Shown here in pieces: positions 13,620 through 26,235 of a stretch of 64,000 nucleotides of DNA. The position numbers and the translations under genes were made by a program. The stretch is from Octopus sinensis (lineage: Eukaryota): positions 620,001 through 684,000 of the forward strand of contig NC_043008.1 in the NCBI RefSeq assembly GCF_006345805.1. Reading direction: 5' to 3'. Positions within the stretch are counted from its first letter, which is position 1. Each line of letters starts with the position of its first letter. A model generated the notes under the pieces. That model worked only from the letters and a program-made list of their open reading frames with translations. It did no database searches and was not told where the DNA came from.

Positions 13620-13838
13620 TTATTTATCTTTTTATATTTTTATTCTTAATTCTTTCAGCCTTTGGCTTGTGCCCATGCTGGAGTACCACCTTAGAGGTTT
13701 CAGTCTGACATATCAACCCCGGTACTTAATTTTAAGTTTGGTGCTTATTGTGATAGTCTCTAAATTACAGGGACGTAAACAAACCAACAGAGGTTGACAA
13801 GCGTGAGGAGAGGCAAGCACAAACATAAATACACACGT

Positions 13839-13872
<34 letters not shown>

Positions 13873-13995
13873 TTGTATACATATACGACAGGTTTCCACA
13901 CAACTTCGGTCTACCAAGTTCACTCACAAGGCATTTGTCGGCCCGGAGCTATCTTGTAGAAGACACTTGCCGAAGGTGCAGTGCAGTGGGACTGA
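13620..13995 (-). mobile_element. tRNA-derived SINE (family B), decayed
   Basis: Reverse-complement similarity to other family B copies, with an internal (CA)n. Confidence 0.75.
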
Positions 13996-14574
13996 ACCCG
14001 AAACCATATGATTGCAAAGCCGGAAATATACGGAGGAACATTTCGACCGATATTCTAACCACTCTGACAATTCTCCGCTTGGTTTCAGCCACTGGACTGC
14101 GGCCAAGATGGAGCATACCCTGTAAGGATTATAATTGATTATATCGAACCTTTTATTTTATAAGGCTTCTTGCAATTTTTACTTGTTTCAATCATTGGAC
14201 TGCGGCTATGCTGGGGCAAGGCCCTGAATGGTTTTAGTCGAATAAAACGACCTCCGTAATTATATTTTCAAAAGTCCGATAGCTTATTCTATTGGTTTCG
14301 TTGGCGGATTGAACCAGAAACCAGGTGATTCGAAAGCGACCTTCGTAACCATACAGGCATGTCTCTGCCCTTTGTTATTTATTTTAGTCGATCTCAGAAT
14401 GATGAACGGCAAAAACATTACATAAGACAACCATCATAAATTGTTATTCAAGACTTGTTCTCATTATCTTATGAACAATATTAACAACACACGGAGAGAC
14501 AACATCACATTCACACAGCTGGTAGTCCTTTGGTAGATGGAGCGAACGGCTTCTCGGGACCGCCCCACCCGTCT

Positions 14575-14615
<41 letters not shown>

Positions 14616-14739
14616 TCTCGCAGTGATATGGTCTCAGGTTCAATCACACTTCATAACATTCTGGGGCAAGCGTTTTCTACCAAGACATGGGTGAAACTGA
14701 ATGACGGAGAGCCGTCATATGTATGTACGTACTTACGTC

Positions 14740-14770
<31 letters not shown>

Positions 14771-14793
14771 TGTATGTATGTATGTATGTATGC

Positions 14794-15433
14794 ATTTAGC
14801 TTTATGTATGTTATGTTAATATTTGATTTTATTAATGCGGCGAACTGGCAGACTCGTTAGCACGCCGGGCGAAATGCTTAGCGGTATTTCGTCTGCGATT
14901 TAAGGACTGTGTCAAGTCCTCGTTAAAGGCCTTTGATATGCAGGACAATGACTGGGAGAACAATGCCTGTCATCGCCACAGTTGGAGGAAGCAGGTTAAG
15001 GAGGGGATCGACACTTTTGAGAGAGCACGTATCCAGCATGAAGAAATTAAGCGAGCTGCGCGAAAGCGCACGGCTCGTATAGTGAATGGGGAAAGCTTGG
15101 TCTGCAATGTTTGCAGTTGTGTATGCTTGTCAAGAGCAGGGCTCATTAGCCACCAACGGAGCCGCAAATGCAAAATATAAGTTAGTCCTAGAGCGCACAA
15201 TGTTCCTGAAGGTCGGCAATGGTCTTCCTCGGTCACGAGTGGACGGCCATCATGTATGTATGTATGTATGTATGTATGTATGTATGTATGTATGTATGTA
15301 TGTATGTATGTATGTATGTATGTATGTATGTATTTAGCTTTATGTATGTTATGTTAATATTTGATTTTATTAAGGCGGCGAGCTGGCAGACTCGTTAGCA
15401 CGCCGGGCGAAATGCTTAGCGGTATTTCGTCTG
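14794..15433 (+). repeat. 102-bp direct repeat (14794-14895 / 15332-15433) flanking the RTE fragment; probable long target-site duplication
   Basis: ATTTAGCTTTATG...GGTATTTCGTCTG occurs twice with 2 mismatches, each copy preceded by (TATG)n. Confidence 0.9.
14896..15251 (+). mobile_element. RTE-clade LINE 3' fragment (C-terminal ORF2 + 3' UTR)
   Basis: Translates RFKDCVKSSLKAFDMQDNDWENNACHRHSWRKQVKEGIDTFE...CNVCSCVCLSRAGLISHQRSRKC*, the typical RTE C-terminus with a Cys/His motif. Confidence 0.88.
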
Positions 15434-15586
15434 TCTTTATGCTCTTAGTTCAAATTCTGCCGAGGTTGACTTTGCTTTTCATCCTATCGGGTCGATAAAT
15501 TAAGTACCAGTTGCGTACTGGTGTAGATCTAATCGACTGGCCACTCCCACAAAATTTCGGGCCTTGTTCCTCGAGTAGAAAAGAAT
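15374..15586 (+). mobile_element. tRNA-derived SINE (family A, tail type 2)
   Basis: GGCGGCGAGCTGGCAGA..CGTTAGCACGCCGGGCGAAATG head, AGTTCAAATTC B-box, GGGTCGATAAATTAAGTACCAG core, CGGGCCTTG..GAGTAGAAAAGAAT tail. Confidence 0.9.
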
Positions 15587-15809
15587 ATTTAATTTTATTT
15601 CTAGAGTTCTCTCCAATAGAGAAAGTGTCGGTTTCTCACCTAGACTCAAAGCTCCTTAATTGAAATTTTAAACAGCATCAACAAAATATTCGTGTATGTT
15701 TCTGTCCATGTGTGCCACATGTAGAGTCAGTGCATGTACAAGGTTGTAGGTTTTGTTCTATGCAAGCATTCTCCCACATAATTGCATGTCTCATTCTTAT
15801 AGCGGTAAT

Positions 15810-15888
15810 GCTAAACATCTGGAAAGTTATACAGAGCCTTGTGATTAGATTTGGTAGATGGAAACTGAAAGAAGCCCATCGTATATAT

Positions 15889-15941
<53 letters not shown>

Positions 15942-15944
15942 GTG

Positions 15945-15977
<33 letters not shown>

Positions 15978-16195
15978 GTGTGTATTTGTTCCTACCCCCA
16001 CCATCGCTTGACAACCGATGCTGCTGTGCTTACGTCCCTATAACTTAAGGGTTCGGCAAAAGACACCGATAAAATAAGTACTAGGTTTACAAACAATAAG
16101 TCCTGAGGTCGATTTTTTCGACTAAAAGGCGGTGCTCCAGCATAGCCGCAGTCAAATGACTGAAACAAGTAAAAGAATACAAGAGTAATTTAACA
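15810..16195 (+). mobile_element. tRNA-derived SINE (family B), 5'-truncated
   Basis: Core and tail match the other family B copies. Confidence 0.85.
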
Positions 16196-17006
16196 GTTCC
16201 GTTGATGATTTGTGTTTTGAAATTTTCGAATATTCCTTTTGGTTTTCAGCACCCTTATTTCTCAAGATTGGTGCCTTTATCTTTGTTTTGATATCCTCTG
16301 GGTAACAGATTTCCACTACTGTACATAGTTTCTCCTCTCTGTCCTGAATCACAAAATCTAATCTATTTTGTTATATATGTAAGTATGTGTGTGTGTGTGT
16401 GTGTGTGGTGTGTGTGTGTGTGTGTGTGTGTCTGCGTGTGTGTGCGTGCGTTACTGCGTGGGTGTGAGCTTCTACGTGTTTGTATGTGAATCTATAAACT
16501 ATCTTCCCATTTGAATTGCTGATAATATTCCCAATTGTTGTTCTTGCTTGGCAAGAGATAAAAACATCACCTATGACCTTCCACTTCTCACCTCCACCGT
16601 GACCCCCACAACTACAACAACAACCACCCAAATACATAGATAGAAATCATTAAGGTATATTATAAATTGGGACGCTGTTGCTTGTGGATCTCCCTAAATA
16701 CCATTCACCGTCCGGTGTGCTCTACCTTGTGTCTTAATGTCTTTGTGAGGGGTCGGTGGATAATTAATAGCTGTAATAGTGATAAAATGCTGCATGCTGG
16801 TTTATTTAGAGCATTAGATTACTTCCGGTCGTACGCAAGTAGGGAGTTCCGGTCTCGGGTGAGCGAAAGCTTTGAAGTTTTAATGAGAAGCTGTCACCAA
16901 AGTTTAAAGTGGCGACTACTTTCTTCTCAGTGAATATTACTGTATTTTCACAGTACAGAATTTACTCACACGCACACACACACACTAATACACACACACA
17001 CACTCG

Positions 17007-17068
<62 letters not shown>

Positions 17069-17323
17069 TACATACACACACTCATACATGCACGCGCATA
17101 TTCTCCCGGACACTCCCACACTCACACATATACACGCACGCATCCACCCACATACACATGCATATACATATACACACACATACATACATACCCATGCGCA
17201 CAAACACGCTACTGTTCATACATAATCACATACGCATGCCCAATCCAATCCTTCTCATCTCTACATTCAGCGAAATCACATTTATTATTTCTTGAGGTCT
17301 ACAACTCTCTCTGCGTCATTTTT

Positions 17324-17364
<41 letters not shown>

Positions 17365-17637
17365 CATATATATATATACATGCTTACATACATATGTATA
17401 CATTATACGTATACACACACAGAGACACTCACACACATATACAAATATACATATATGTGTAGGTGTGTGATAGGGCTTGTCTCTTAGTATAACCTCAAGC
17501 CTATTAATGGCTTGCGAATGAAATTGTTCGATGCAGTCTTGTCGTTTATATGTATGTATGTATGTTTGTATGCATGTATGTATGTATGTTTGTATGTATG
17601 TATGTATGTATGTATGTATGTATGTATGTATGTATGT

Positions 17638-18380
17638 CTCTTCTATTTTTTAATTATTATAAATCTTCCACTGAGGAGGGAGCCGGTTTCCAACAAAGAT
17701 ACAAGGCTCCGTCTTTGGAATATAATTAACACAGATAAATTCACATTTGGAACTTGAGAAAAGTCTTGCATATTTTTACTGTTCCACTCACAGATTACAC
17801 TTGTAATGTTCGAATCAGCCGGTCAGTCTCTCTATCTGAAAATTCCAGTTTATCCAGATTCTCCTTTTAGCATTTACTAACAAAACCTAGTGCTCCAATT
17901 ATTATTGGTATGAATATGAATTCATAGTCTGGATATAGAAGCGGGAGGTTCCGAAGCAATTCTCCTTAGATATCCTCTTTTTCTTTGATTTCCAAAGAGT
18001 TATTTATATCTGAGAGGAAGCTACATACCTTTGTCTCTCTGTCCCAAACAACAATATCCGGTTGTTATGTTTACATTTGACAGAAATTTTGATGGAAATA
18101 TTCCACCAGTATTCTTTGAGTTGGTGTTTATGAATGCATTCCATAACAGAGATATTTTCTAAGTTAATTTCAGGACAGTCTTTTTTCGCTGATGGCATTG
18201 TAAATTGTTTTAGTAACAACATCGTGCTGTATAGGGAAGAAAGTACCGTGACGACATTTTAGGACAGCTGCTAATCACATGCGTAATGTCTTCCATAAAA
18301 ACATGACATAGCCTACACAAACAAGGTTGCACCTTGGGATTACAAGAGCGTCACTGTCTCTCTTATTCACCAGGGACTTT
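17638..18380 (-). mobile_element. R4/Dong-like (restriction-like endonuclease) LINE, 5'-truncated 3' end, decayed
   Basis: With frameshift correction it translates CRLCHVFMEDITHVISSCPKM..HDVVTKTIYNAI..EYWWNISIK..KHN(N/P)DIVVWDRE..EKEDI*GELLRNL.LLYPDYEFIFIPIIIGALG: a CCHC knuckle plus PD..D endonuclease motif. Confidence 0.85.
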
Positions 18381-18725
18381 GTATGTATGTATGTATGTAT
18401 GTATGTATGTATGTATGTATGTATGTATGTATGTTTGTATGTATGTATGTATGTATGTATGTTTGTATGTATGTATGTTGTATTATGTATGTATTATGTT
18501 ATGTTTGTATGTGTATGCATGTATATATGTACGTATGTTTGTATGTATGTATGTATGTTTGTATGTATGTATGTATGTACGTACGTACGTATGTATGTAT
18601 GTATGTACGTATGTATGTATGTATGTTTGTATGTATGTATGTATGTATGTATGTACGTATGTATGTACGTATGTTTGTATGTATGTATGTATGTATGTTT
18701 GTATGTATGTATGTATGTATGTATG

Positions 18726-18759
<34 letters not shown>

Positions 18760-19024
18760 CGTATGTATGTACGTATGTTTGTATGTATGTATGTATGTAT
18801 GTTTGTATGTATGTATGTATGTATGTTTGTATGTATGTATGTATGTATATATGTATGTATGTATGTATGTACGTATGTATGTACGTATGTTTGTATGTAT
18901 GTATGTATGTATGTTTGTATGTATGTATGTATGTATGTTTGTATGTATGTATGTATGTATGTATGTATGTATGTATGTATGTATGTATATATGTATGTAT
19001 GTATGTGCGCATGTATGTATGTAC
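18381..19024. repeat. Long (TATG)n array with TACG/TTTG/TATA variant units
   Basis: Directly visible; it produces the spurious (MYVC)n ORFs. Confidence 0.97.
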
Positions 19025-20060
19025 AGATTTGTATGTGTTATATATATATTCCCATGCATATAGTTACATATCTAGACAAGCTCATATATATTGAAATGAT
19101 AAACTTCTAGAAAGTTTTACAAATTTTTACAGTTCCAGTGATGGATTGGATCTGTAGCCTTCGAATTAGCTTTCTCCTTTCTGGTTTTGAGAAGCCTAAT
19201 TTTTATGTATGTATGTATGCATGTATGTATGTGTGTGTATATATCAAGAGCAACCGCCTGCACTTTTGAAAATCCAGCCATGTAATTGAAGTAGGGCACT
19301 TAGAGTACTATTCCCCCACCATTTCCAGCTGCGTTATTTAAAAATGGAAAAAAAAATCATGCTTAAATTTGATTTACTATTTTCATTCAAATTATATATT
19401 AGGCATTCATTGCTCGATTTACTTCCATGCAGGAAACGCTACTAACCCTCCCTTTCTCTTCTCTCTCTCTCTCACACACGCACGCACGCATACGCGCATA
19501 TGTGTCGATGGGTGTCTTTTTGTGGAATGTGGAGGTGTTTGGTAGAATGAAGTGGGAAAACAAAACTTAATGCATAAAGATACATTGCCTGACATTGTAT
19601 CCCGTGTGTATTTCAGCATGTGCACCAGGCGCATTTTTATGCTCCCTCCAATGCTTCTTTACAAGTTCAACTCACAGATTGGACTTGTTCAACTCAGCCG
19701 AGTGTGATTTGAGACATGTTGCTGGTGACTGCTCAAATAATCAACCTCGATGGCCCTGGACGTCTTTGTTGTCACTGGTAATGCCCAGGTCAACTCCATG
19801 ATCAAAACTATATTAGCCCTCTTCTTATACACTCATGCGTCCCATGTGTTTAATGTGATAGATGCAGATCTATCATACATACATTACATCAATATAATCT
19901 ATATATATATATATACATACATATATCAATATAAGGTCTCTTTCTTTCTTTTGTTATCTTACCGTTTTTACCAATATATATATGTATATATATATATATA
20001 TATATATACATATTAATGGTATTTATATAAGCCTAAATCTTATAGCGATTACCATGCAAT

Positions 20061-20330
20061 GGGGTCGATATAATCTACTTAATCCGTTTGTCTGTCCTTG
20101 TTTGTTCTCTCTGTGTTTAGCCCCTTGTGGGTAGTAAAGAAATAGGTATTTCGTCTGCCGTTACGTTCTGAGTTAAAATTCCGCCGAGGTACACTTTGCC
20201 TTTCATCCTTTCGGGGTCGATTAATTAAGTACCAGTTACGCACTAGGGTCGATATAATCGACTTAATCCGTTTGTCTGTCCTTGTTTGTCCCCTCTGTGT
20301 TTAGCCCCTTGATGGTAGTAAAGAAATAGG
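20061..20330 (+). mobile_element. Tandem SINE family A units (tail1-core-tail1)
   Basis: GGGTCGATATAATC..CTTAATCCGTTTGTCTGTCCTTG..AAAGAAATAG occurs twice, joined to GTATTTCGTCTGCCGTTACG. Confidence 0.85.
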
Positions 20331-20934
20331 TTTGACAAGAGGCAATTTCTGATCGAGCAGACAGAAAACATTGTTTTGTATCTGCCGCTATATTTTTAAA
20401 TCGGACATAACGTATCGAAAACAACTCTAACCAGTATCTTTCGTTCGTTTTCGTTGATTTTATAATCGTGTAGTAACATGTGATTTGTGGGATTTGTGAC
20501 TATTATTTCTAGGAAGTCAAATTGATATATAGAGGCTCTACGCTAGTCCGTACAACTTTTTGTACATATGTGAGCAATCAGTATTTAAACTGGTGGATAT
20601 TGTTATGTCGAAATATTCATTGAACCGTTTCAATCTTGTCTATGTAAGAATTAAACGTGTAAAAAGGAAAACAAAGCATGTTATGCGGGAAAATGTGGTA
20701 TTTCTAGCAGAGAACAAGGTTTGGTTGATTTCGTGTCTGCTGAAGACTTCAAGAACTAAGCGGTAAAGACATTTCAAGATAATGGTCCTGCTGTTAAGGA
20801 ATATGGAAAATATATATTTATGGTTTTATATTGTCTAACCGATGTTACAAAGCCCCACGTTTTCTTTAGAACCTGATTCAGTAATGACCCTTTCGTCAAT
20901 CGCCCGTTGAGCAATAAAAGAAACCACTACTACG

Positions 20935-20992
<58 letters not shown>

Positions 20993-21029
20993 TCAGCATA
21001 ACCATAGCCCTTTTATTATCATCATCATC

Positions 21030-21538
21030 ATTATTCTCATTATTTGTTGTTTTGCACAGCTTCTATCGCTGGAGATGTACTACAGTGCCAGCTGTTCACT
21101 ACCAGTGAACTAAGGTAACACCCCTTATTTTTCGAGCACCATCCGGAGTATTCGAGCTGTTCCAAGCAGTGCTGTTTTCTGCAAGTACTCCACCCTTATT
21201 GCAGCCCCTATTTGTTCCATGTACTTCTCAAGATTTTACTCACTGTCCCCAGGGTTCCGACAGTTATCGGTACTACTAGCACCTTTTTCAGCGACCACAA
21301 CTGCTTAATCTTCCAAGCCAACCTCTCATATCTATCAACTTTTCTTTCTTCCTTATCGTATACCTTGTTGTCAGCTGGGCATGCTATATCTATGATCCAG
21401 CGTAGTTTGATTTCTCTTTCAAATAACACTAAGTCTGGCTTCCTATTCTCTATCTCATGGTTGCACTGAATCATAAAATCCTACAGGATCTTTGCGTTAT
21501 CATTTTCGATGATGGCTTCGGGTTTATGTTCGTACCAC

Positions 21539-21539
<1 letters not shown>
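21030..21539 (-). mobile_element. R4/Dong-like LINE 3' fragment (endonuclease domain + 3' UTR)
   Basis: KWYEHKPEAIIENDNAKIL*DFMIQCNHEIENRKPDLVLFE..IIDIACPAD..EERKVDRYERLAWKIKQLW..VVPITVGTLG..LQKTALLGTARILR; abuts (TAA)n at its 5' truncation. Confidence 0.88.
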
Positions 21540-21613
<74 letters not shown>

Positions 21614-21669
21614 CTCCTCCTCCTCCTGAAAAAGTTCATTAGCACTCTTTCCCTACCTGTAAATAAGTC

Positions 21670-21930
21670 ATTCAAAAATGCACGCAGTTTCGAAGGTCCG
21701 AGCTATCCCATCTACAATGAGGACCAAGTACTGTAATAGCTAGGAATTCAAGGACCCACAGCTATCTAACGCCTTGCCAAAAGATCTGAGGGATCTTCAT
21801 GGAGTAAGTTGTAGATGTTTACAAGAAACAACTTTGACCTCTTGCAGTCCCAAGAGTCCCAGATGAACTTATATCCCGGCAAGAAACTCAAAAACAACAG
21901 CACTATCGAACTCTTTCCTTCACCAGAAGC
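21670..21930 (+). pseudogene. Decayed CR1-type ORF2 C-terminal fragment
   Basis: With frameshift correction it reads approximately TKYCNS.GF.GPQL.NALPKDLRDLHGVS..VFKKQL.LL...PDE, resembling the C-terminus at 9430-9620. Confidence 0.6.
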
Positions 21931-22749
21931 CAATAGCATAAGGATGGCCAATGAAAAGGTGATTAGACCGGTGGTGCTCCAGCATGGCCACATCATTTGG
22001 GCTGAAATGTATAGAAGAGAAAAAGAAGTGTGCTACATTCAGACGAGATTACACAGGACAAACTTCTTTTTTGCCTTCCCATTTATTGTATATTCCTGCC
22101 ATCTATCGACTTTATTTTACTTAATTTCACATTAACCACAGGAAGCGTTCTCGTTCTGCTCAAACATGGCTGATCTGAGAATAAACCATCATCCAATCTC
22201 AAGATCAAAGGAAGGAGTCGAGCTCATATTTAAAACAGTTATTCGTTTTTAGGTTAACTTTTGCGTTTATTTTTTGCACGATATTTTCAGAAACCGAAGT
22301 GATGATGATGATGATGATGATAGGTAAACTGGTGTGACTGTTATGATGATGGTGGTGTTGGTGGTGATAGCAGTGGTGATACGCTCGCCTGCCATTCCGC
22401 CTCGTACTGAGATACATTACCCAGAGAAGCATTTGACCCTACATTAAATATGCTAGCAGAAACTCCACGGTTTTCTGTTGCGTTATGTAACACCACACTC
22501 ACACACACAAATGCACACGAACACATACACACACATATCATCAGTCTCTCTGTCTATACAATGCGCAAAGTGTATCAGGATATACATTCTTTTGTGAGTA
22601 ACATTTTAACCATTAAAATGTGGAATGAAAACAAAGTTATGTGAACAAGGGAAAAGTGTATCACACACGCACACTAATGAAAGCACACACGCAGATTACA
22701 CACAACTAATATATTAATGCATATATATATATATGTTATATATATATTA

Positions 22750-22780
<31 letters not shown>

Positions 22781-23112
22781 CTATATTATCTACTATTTTT
22801 TCTATATATATGTGCATATATATATATATATATTAATATATTAGATATATATATATATATATACCACATACATATATATATACATATATATACATATATA
22901 TATATATACATACATACATATATATATATATTTAGTATATATATAAAATTATATATATATATATATAATATATAGATACGCATATATACACATACATAGA
23001 TATATAAATATAAAAATTTTACACATGCATACATGCATACACACATACACTCACACAGACACACAAAGATGCGCACAGAGACGCAAACAGACAGACGCAC
23101 ACACACACACAC

Positions 23113-23181
<69 letters not shown>

Positions 23182-23182
<1 letters not shown>

Positions 23183-23700
23183 TATGCGGTGTGGATTCTT
23201 CCGGCCTTCAACCACTGTCATACCGTCATAGAGCTTGCCGCATTCCACGCTATGTTGCCCTTAACAAGATCATTAAGCTTGGCCTAGACGCTGCAGACTT
23301 TCCTTTCCAGCTCAAGTCAGTGGGGCTAAACCGAGGGGACGGTGAAAGGCTGGCCAGTATGACAACATTCCCGTTTCGTGGTAGCAGCCCCCACCCATCG
23401 GGGATTCCACATGCTGTAGCACCTCCTCCAACGGCAACTTGGTGCAGTCAGCTACCAGCCCACACTCCGTCGCTCGTCAGGTTGCGAAAAGCAAGCTGTA
23501 AAGGTATTGGTGGATTTATGGTAAAGCCTTGGCTGTGGAGACTTCTGGAGTTTTTGGCACCCAGACCATATCCCTGCTCACCGGTATCAAGGTGGAGATG
23601 GCTGTCCGCAAGCCGTGAATCAGAGTGGCTGCTTCAGCGCATCTCTCTTGCCCCCCGCCGGGGTAACGCCTTCTCCAATGTCTGCTGGGGCCAGAGAGGT
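23182..23700 (+). mobile_element. CRE-clade non-LTR retrotransposon 3' fragment (zinc motif + restriction-like endonuclease), decayed
   Basis: CGVDSSGLQPLSYRH..RIPR...LNKIIKLGLDAADFPFQLKSVGLNRGDGERLASMTTFPF...ESEWLLQRISLA..RGNA, matching the RH..LN.II..L..AG.P...EP.GL.R.DGKRPDG pattern of CRE elements. Confidence 0.78.
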
Positions 23701-23911
23701 GACTTATGACAACCTTTAACCGCAGATTTCACGAAACAGCTTATTAGTAACACAGCTCACATTCTCGTTTGATTACGTTGTGTCGCTAGTGATTATGACG
23801 TAACAACAGAATTTGAAATTTTTCCACTTAATTGTTGTTGTCATCAAAATGTAGAAAACAATGTCAGTAATGATGAAGATTATATGCAATAAAAGGTTTT
23901 TGGAAAAACAA

Positions 23912-24130
23912 GGCGGCGAGCTGGCAGAAACGTTAGCACGCCGGGCGAAATGCGTAGCCGTATTTCGTCTGCCGTTACGTTCTGAGTTCAAATTCCGCCG
24001 AGGTCGACTTTGCCTTTCATCCATCCTTTCGGGGTCAATAAATCAAGTACTAATTAGGTATTGAGGTCGATCTAAACGACTGCCCCGCTCCCCAAAAATC
24101 TCGAGCCTTGCGTTTAGACGTAGAAAAGGA
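23912..24130 (+). mobile_element. tRNA-derived SINE (family A, tail type 2)
   Basis: Head, B-box, core and tail as at 15374. Confidence 0.9.
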
Positions 24131-24462
24131 TATTTCCAATTATTCACCCCGAAAAGATGAAAGGCAAAGATCCCTAGATATGATTTGAACTCGGAGAGTA
24201 GACAGTCAGAACACCAGAACTCGTTGAAAGGATTCTACCGGATTGTGGTTTAAAGGTAGTGGTGGTGGTAGTGATACATAAGCGTAGCTAGAAGGAAGGG
24301 GACGATGGAGGTGGCCCGAGCGACGCTTGTATAGAATGGCACTTTTGGGTTTTGCTGTGTAAGTCTGTTTAGGGCGCAGAGGTTGTTGGGTCGGCAATCT
24401 CAAGGACTGACTCAGGCTCGACACATTCTTGCTAAGTCACAGTGATGATATCAATAAGGCCG

Positions 24463-24640
24463 TGAGCTGAGAGAATCGTTAGCGTGTCTGTAGACACGTT
24501 TTGAGTTCGAATTCCACCGGGGTCGACTCTGCCTTTCATCCTCTCGGGGTCGATAAAATAAGTACCAACTGCACACTAGGTGGATGTAGTTGGCTGACTC
24601 TCTCCCCCGACATTACAGGCCTTGTGCCAAACCTTGAAGC
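24463..24640 (+). mobile_element. Decayed SINE (family A)
   Basis: GAGTTCGAATTCC B-box, GTCGACTCTGCCTTTCATCC, GGGGTCGATAAAATAAGTACC. Confidence 0.7.
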
Positions 24641-25620
24641 CAGTATGTATACAACTAAGTCAGCTAAGGGTTATTTCGGTGGAGATGATATTGTGACGGT
24701 GATGGTGATGGTGGTGATGGTAGTGGTGGTGGTGGTAAACTGAAAAATCAAGGGTGATGGGGGAACGCTAACTTATTTGGTTGGTTACTGAGGTGAAGGG
24801 GGTCAACGTGTTTTATCCATTAAAAGACCGGTTTAGCATTTTTATCTGATCCCTTATCGAACAGTGCTTCTTTGTTTGCAAACAGTTCATAACTCACTGC
24901 CACTCGATGTAAGCCGTAAATAGCTCACACTTCACAAAACTCTACATTTTCTCCCCTCAAGATATCCAAGATTGTGTTGTATGCGTGTTATTTTTTAAAC
25001 TTATTTTTATATGTTCAAAAACAGATTTTCTTTGTCATTCTCTCAAAGGGCTCGGGTGTTTATCAGCTGGGTTTTCGTCTGTTTGACGAAAAGTGTAAAT
25101 GTATTTGATGTGGTGAAACTTAAGTCTCTGCCTTACTCTATCTAATTTCACATACACACACCCTCATGTATACACACATACACACGCGCTCACACACACA
25201 CACACACACACACACACCACACACACACACACACACACAAGCACGTACACACACCTACATAGTATACATCTAAACATTTAAAAAAAATTCTACTTCCAGT
25301 CAAAAAGTAGTACACCCTTATCTCTCTCACTCACTTCCCCTTCTCTCTCTTACAAACGATGGCTCGTTTTTTTTTCTCTCTCTCTCTCTCTTCTCCGCCC
25401 ATCCATTCCATCCTCTCTTCTCCGATATTTTCTGCGAGACCACCACTGGAGGTTCCGCAACATCAGCAAAATATTGCTGAACCATATGAAGAGTACTCAG
25501 GTATCTCTGACAGTTATCAAACCTTTGATGCATATCTGAAAGTACGAAGATTGAAAAATATGATCCATCGCTTTAGCAGAATTACTGATATGGCAAAGAC
25601 AGACCGACAGGCAGGTAGAC

Positions 25621-25699
<79 letters not shown>

Positions 25700-25701
<2 letters not shown>

Positions 25702-25850
25702 TGTTTTTTTATTAGCCACACAGACGGGACAAATTACAAGGTAGAGCTTTTCTTTTGGGGATAAAAAAGGGAGGTTGGTTTTCGATCAAAAGGGATCGTA
25801 AAAGGAAAGAAGGAGGAAAGCAAGAAAAAAAAAGTACGGATTGTTTCACT
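25700..25850 (-). mobile_element. Short 3'-end copy of the Tx1-like LINE family, abutting (GATA)n
   Basis: ATGTTT..TTATTAGCCACACAG..ACAAATTACAAGGTAGAGCTTTTCTTTT..TTCGATCAAA.GGGATCGTAAAAGGA matches 27493-27635. Confidence 0.8.
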
Positions 25851-25867
25851 TTATAATCAGCATTTTT

Positions 25868-26235
25868 CCGTTTTCTTTTATTTGTTTCAGTCATTTCACT
25901 GCGGCCATGCTGGGGCACCGCCTTTAGACGAGCAAATCGGCCCAAAGACATTCTTTGTAAGCCTAGTACTTATTCTATCGGTCTCTTTTGCCGAACCGCT
26001 AGGTCATAGGGACGTAAACACCAGCATCGGTTCTCAAGTGATGTTGAGGAGGGGGGACAAACACACACACACACACACGCATACACACACGCGCGTATAT
26101 ATATATATGACGAGCTTCTTTCAGTTTCCGTTTACCAAATGCACTCAGAAGGCTTTAGTCGGCTCGAGGCTATAGTAGAAGACACATGTCCCAGGTGCCA
26201 CGTAGTGGAACTGAACCCGGAACCACGCGCCTAGT
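25868..26235 (-). mobile_element. tRNA-derived SINE (family B)
   Basis: Reverse-complement family B copy. Confidence 0.88.

Noticed and set aside
18327-19110. Long ORFs in several frames ((MYVC)n, (YIHT)n)
   Set aside because: They are translations of the (TATG)n array, which has no stop codons in any frame.
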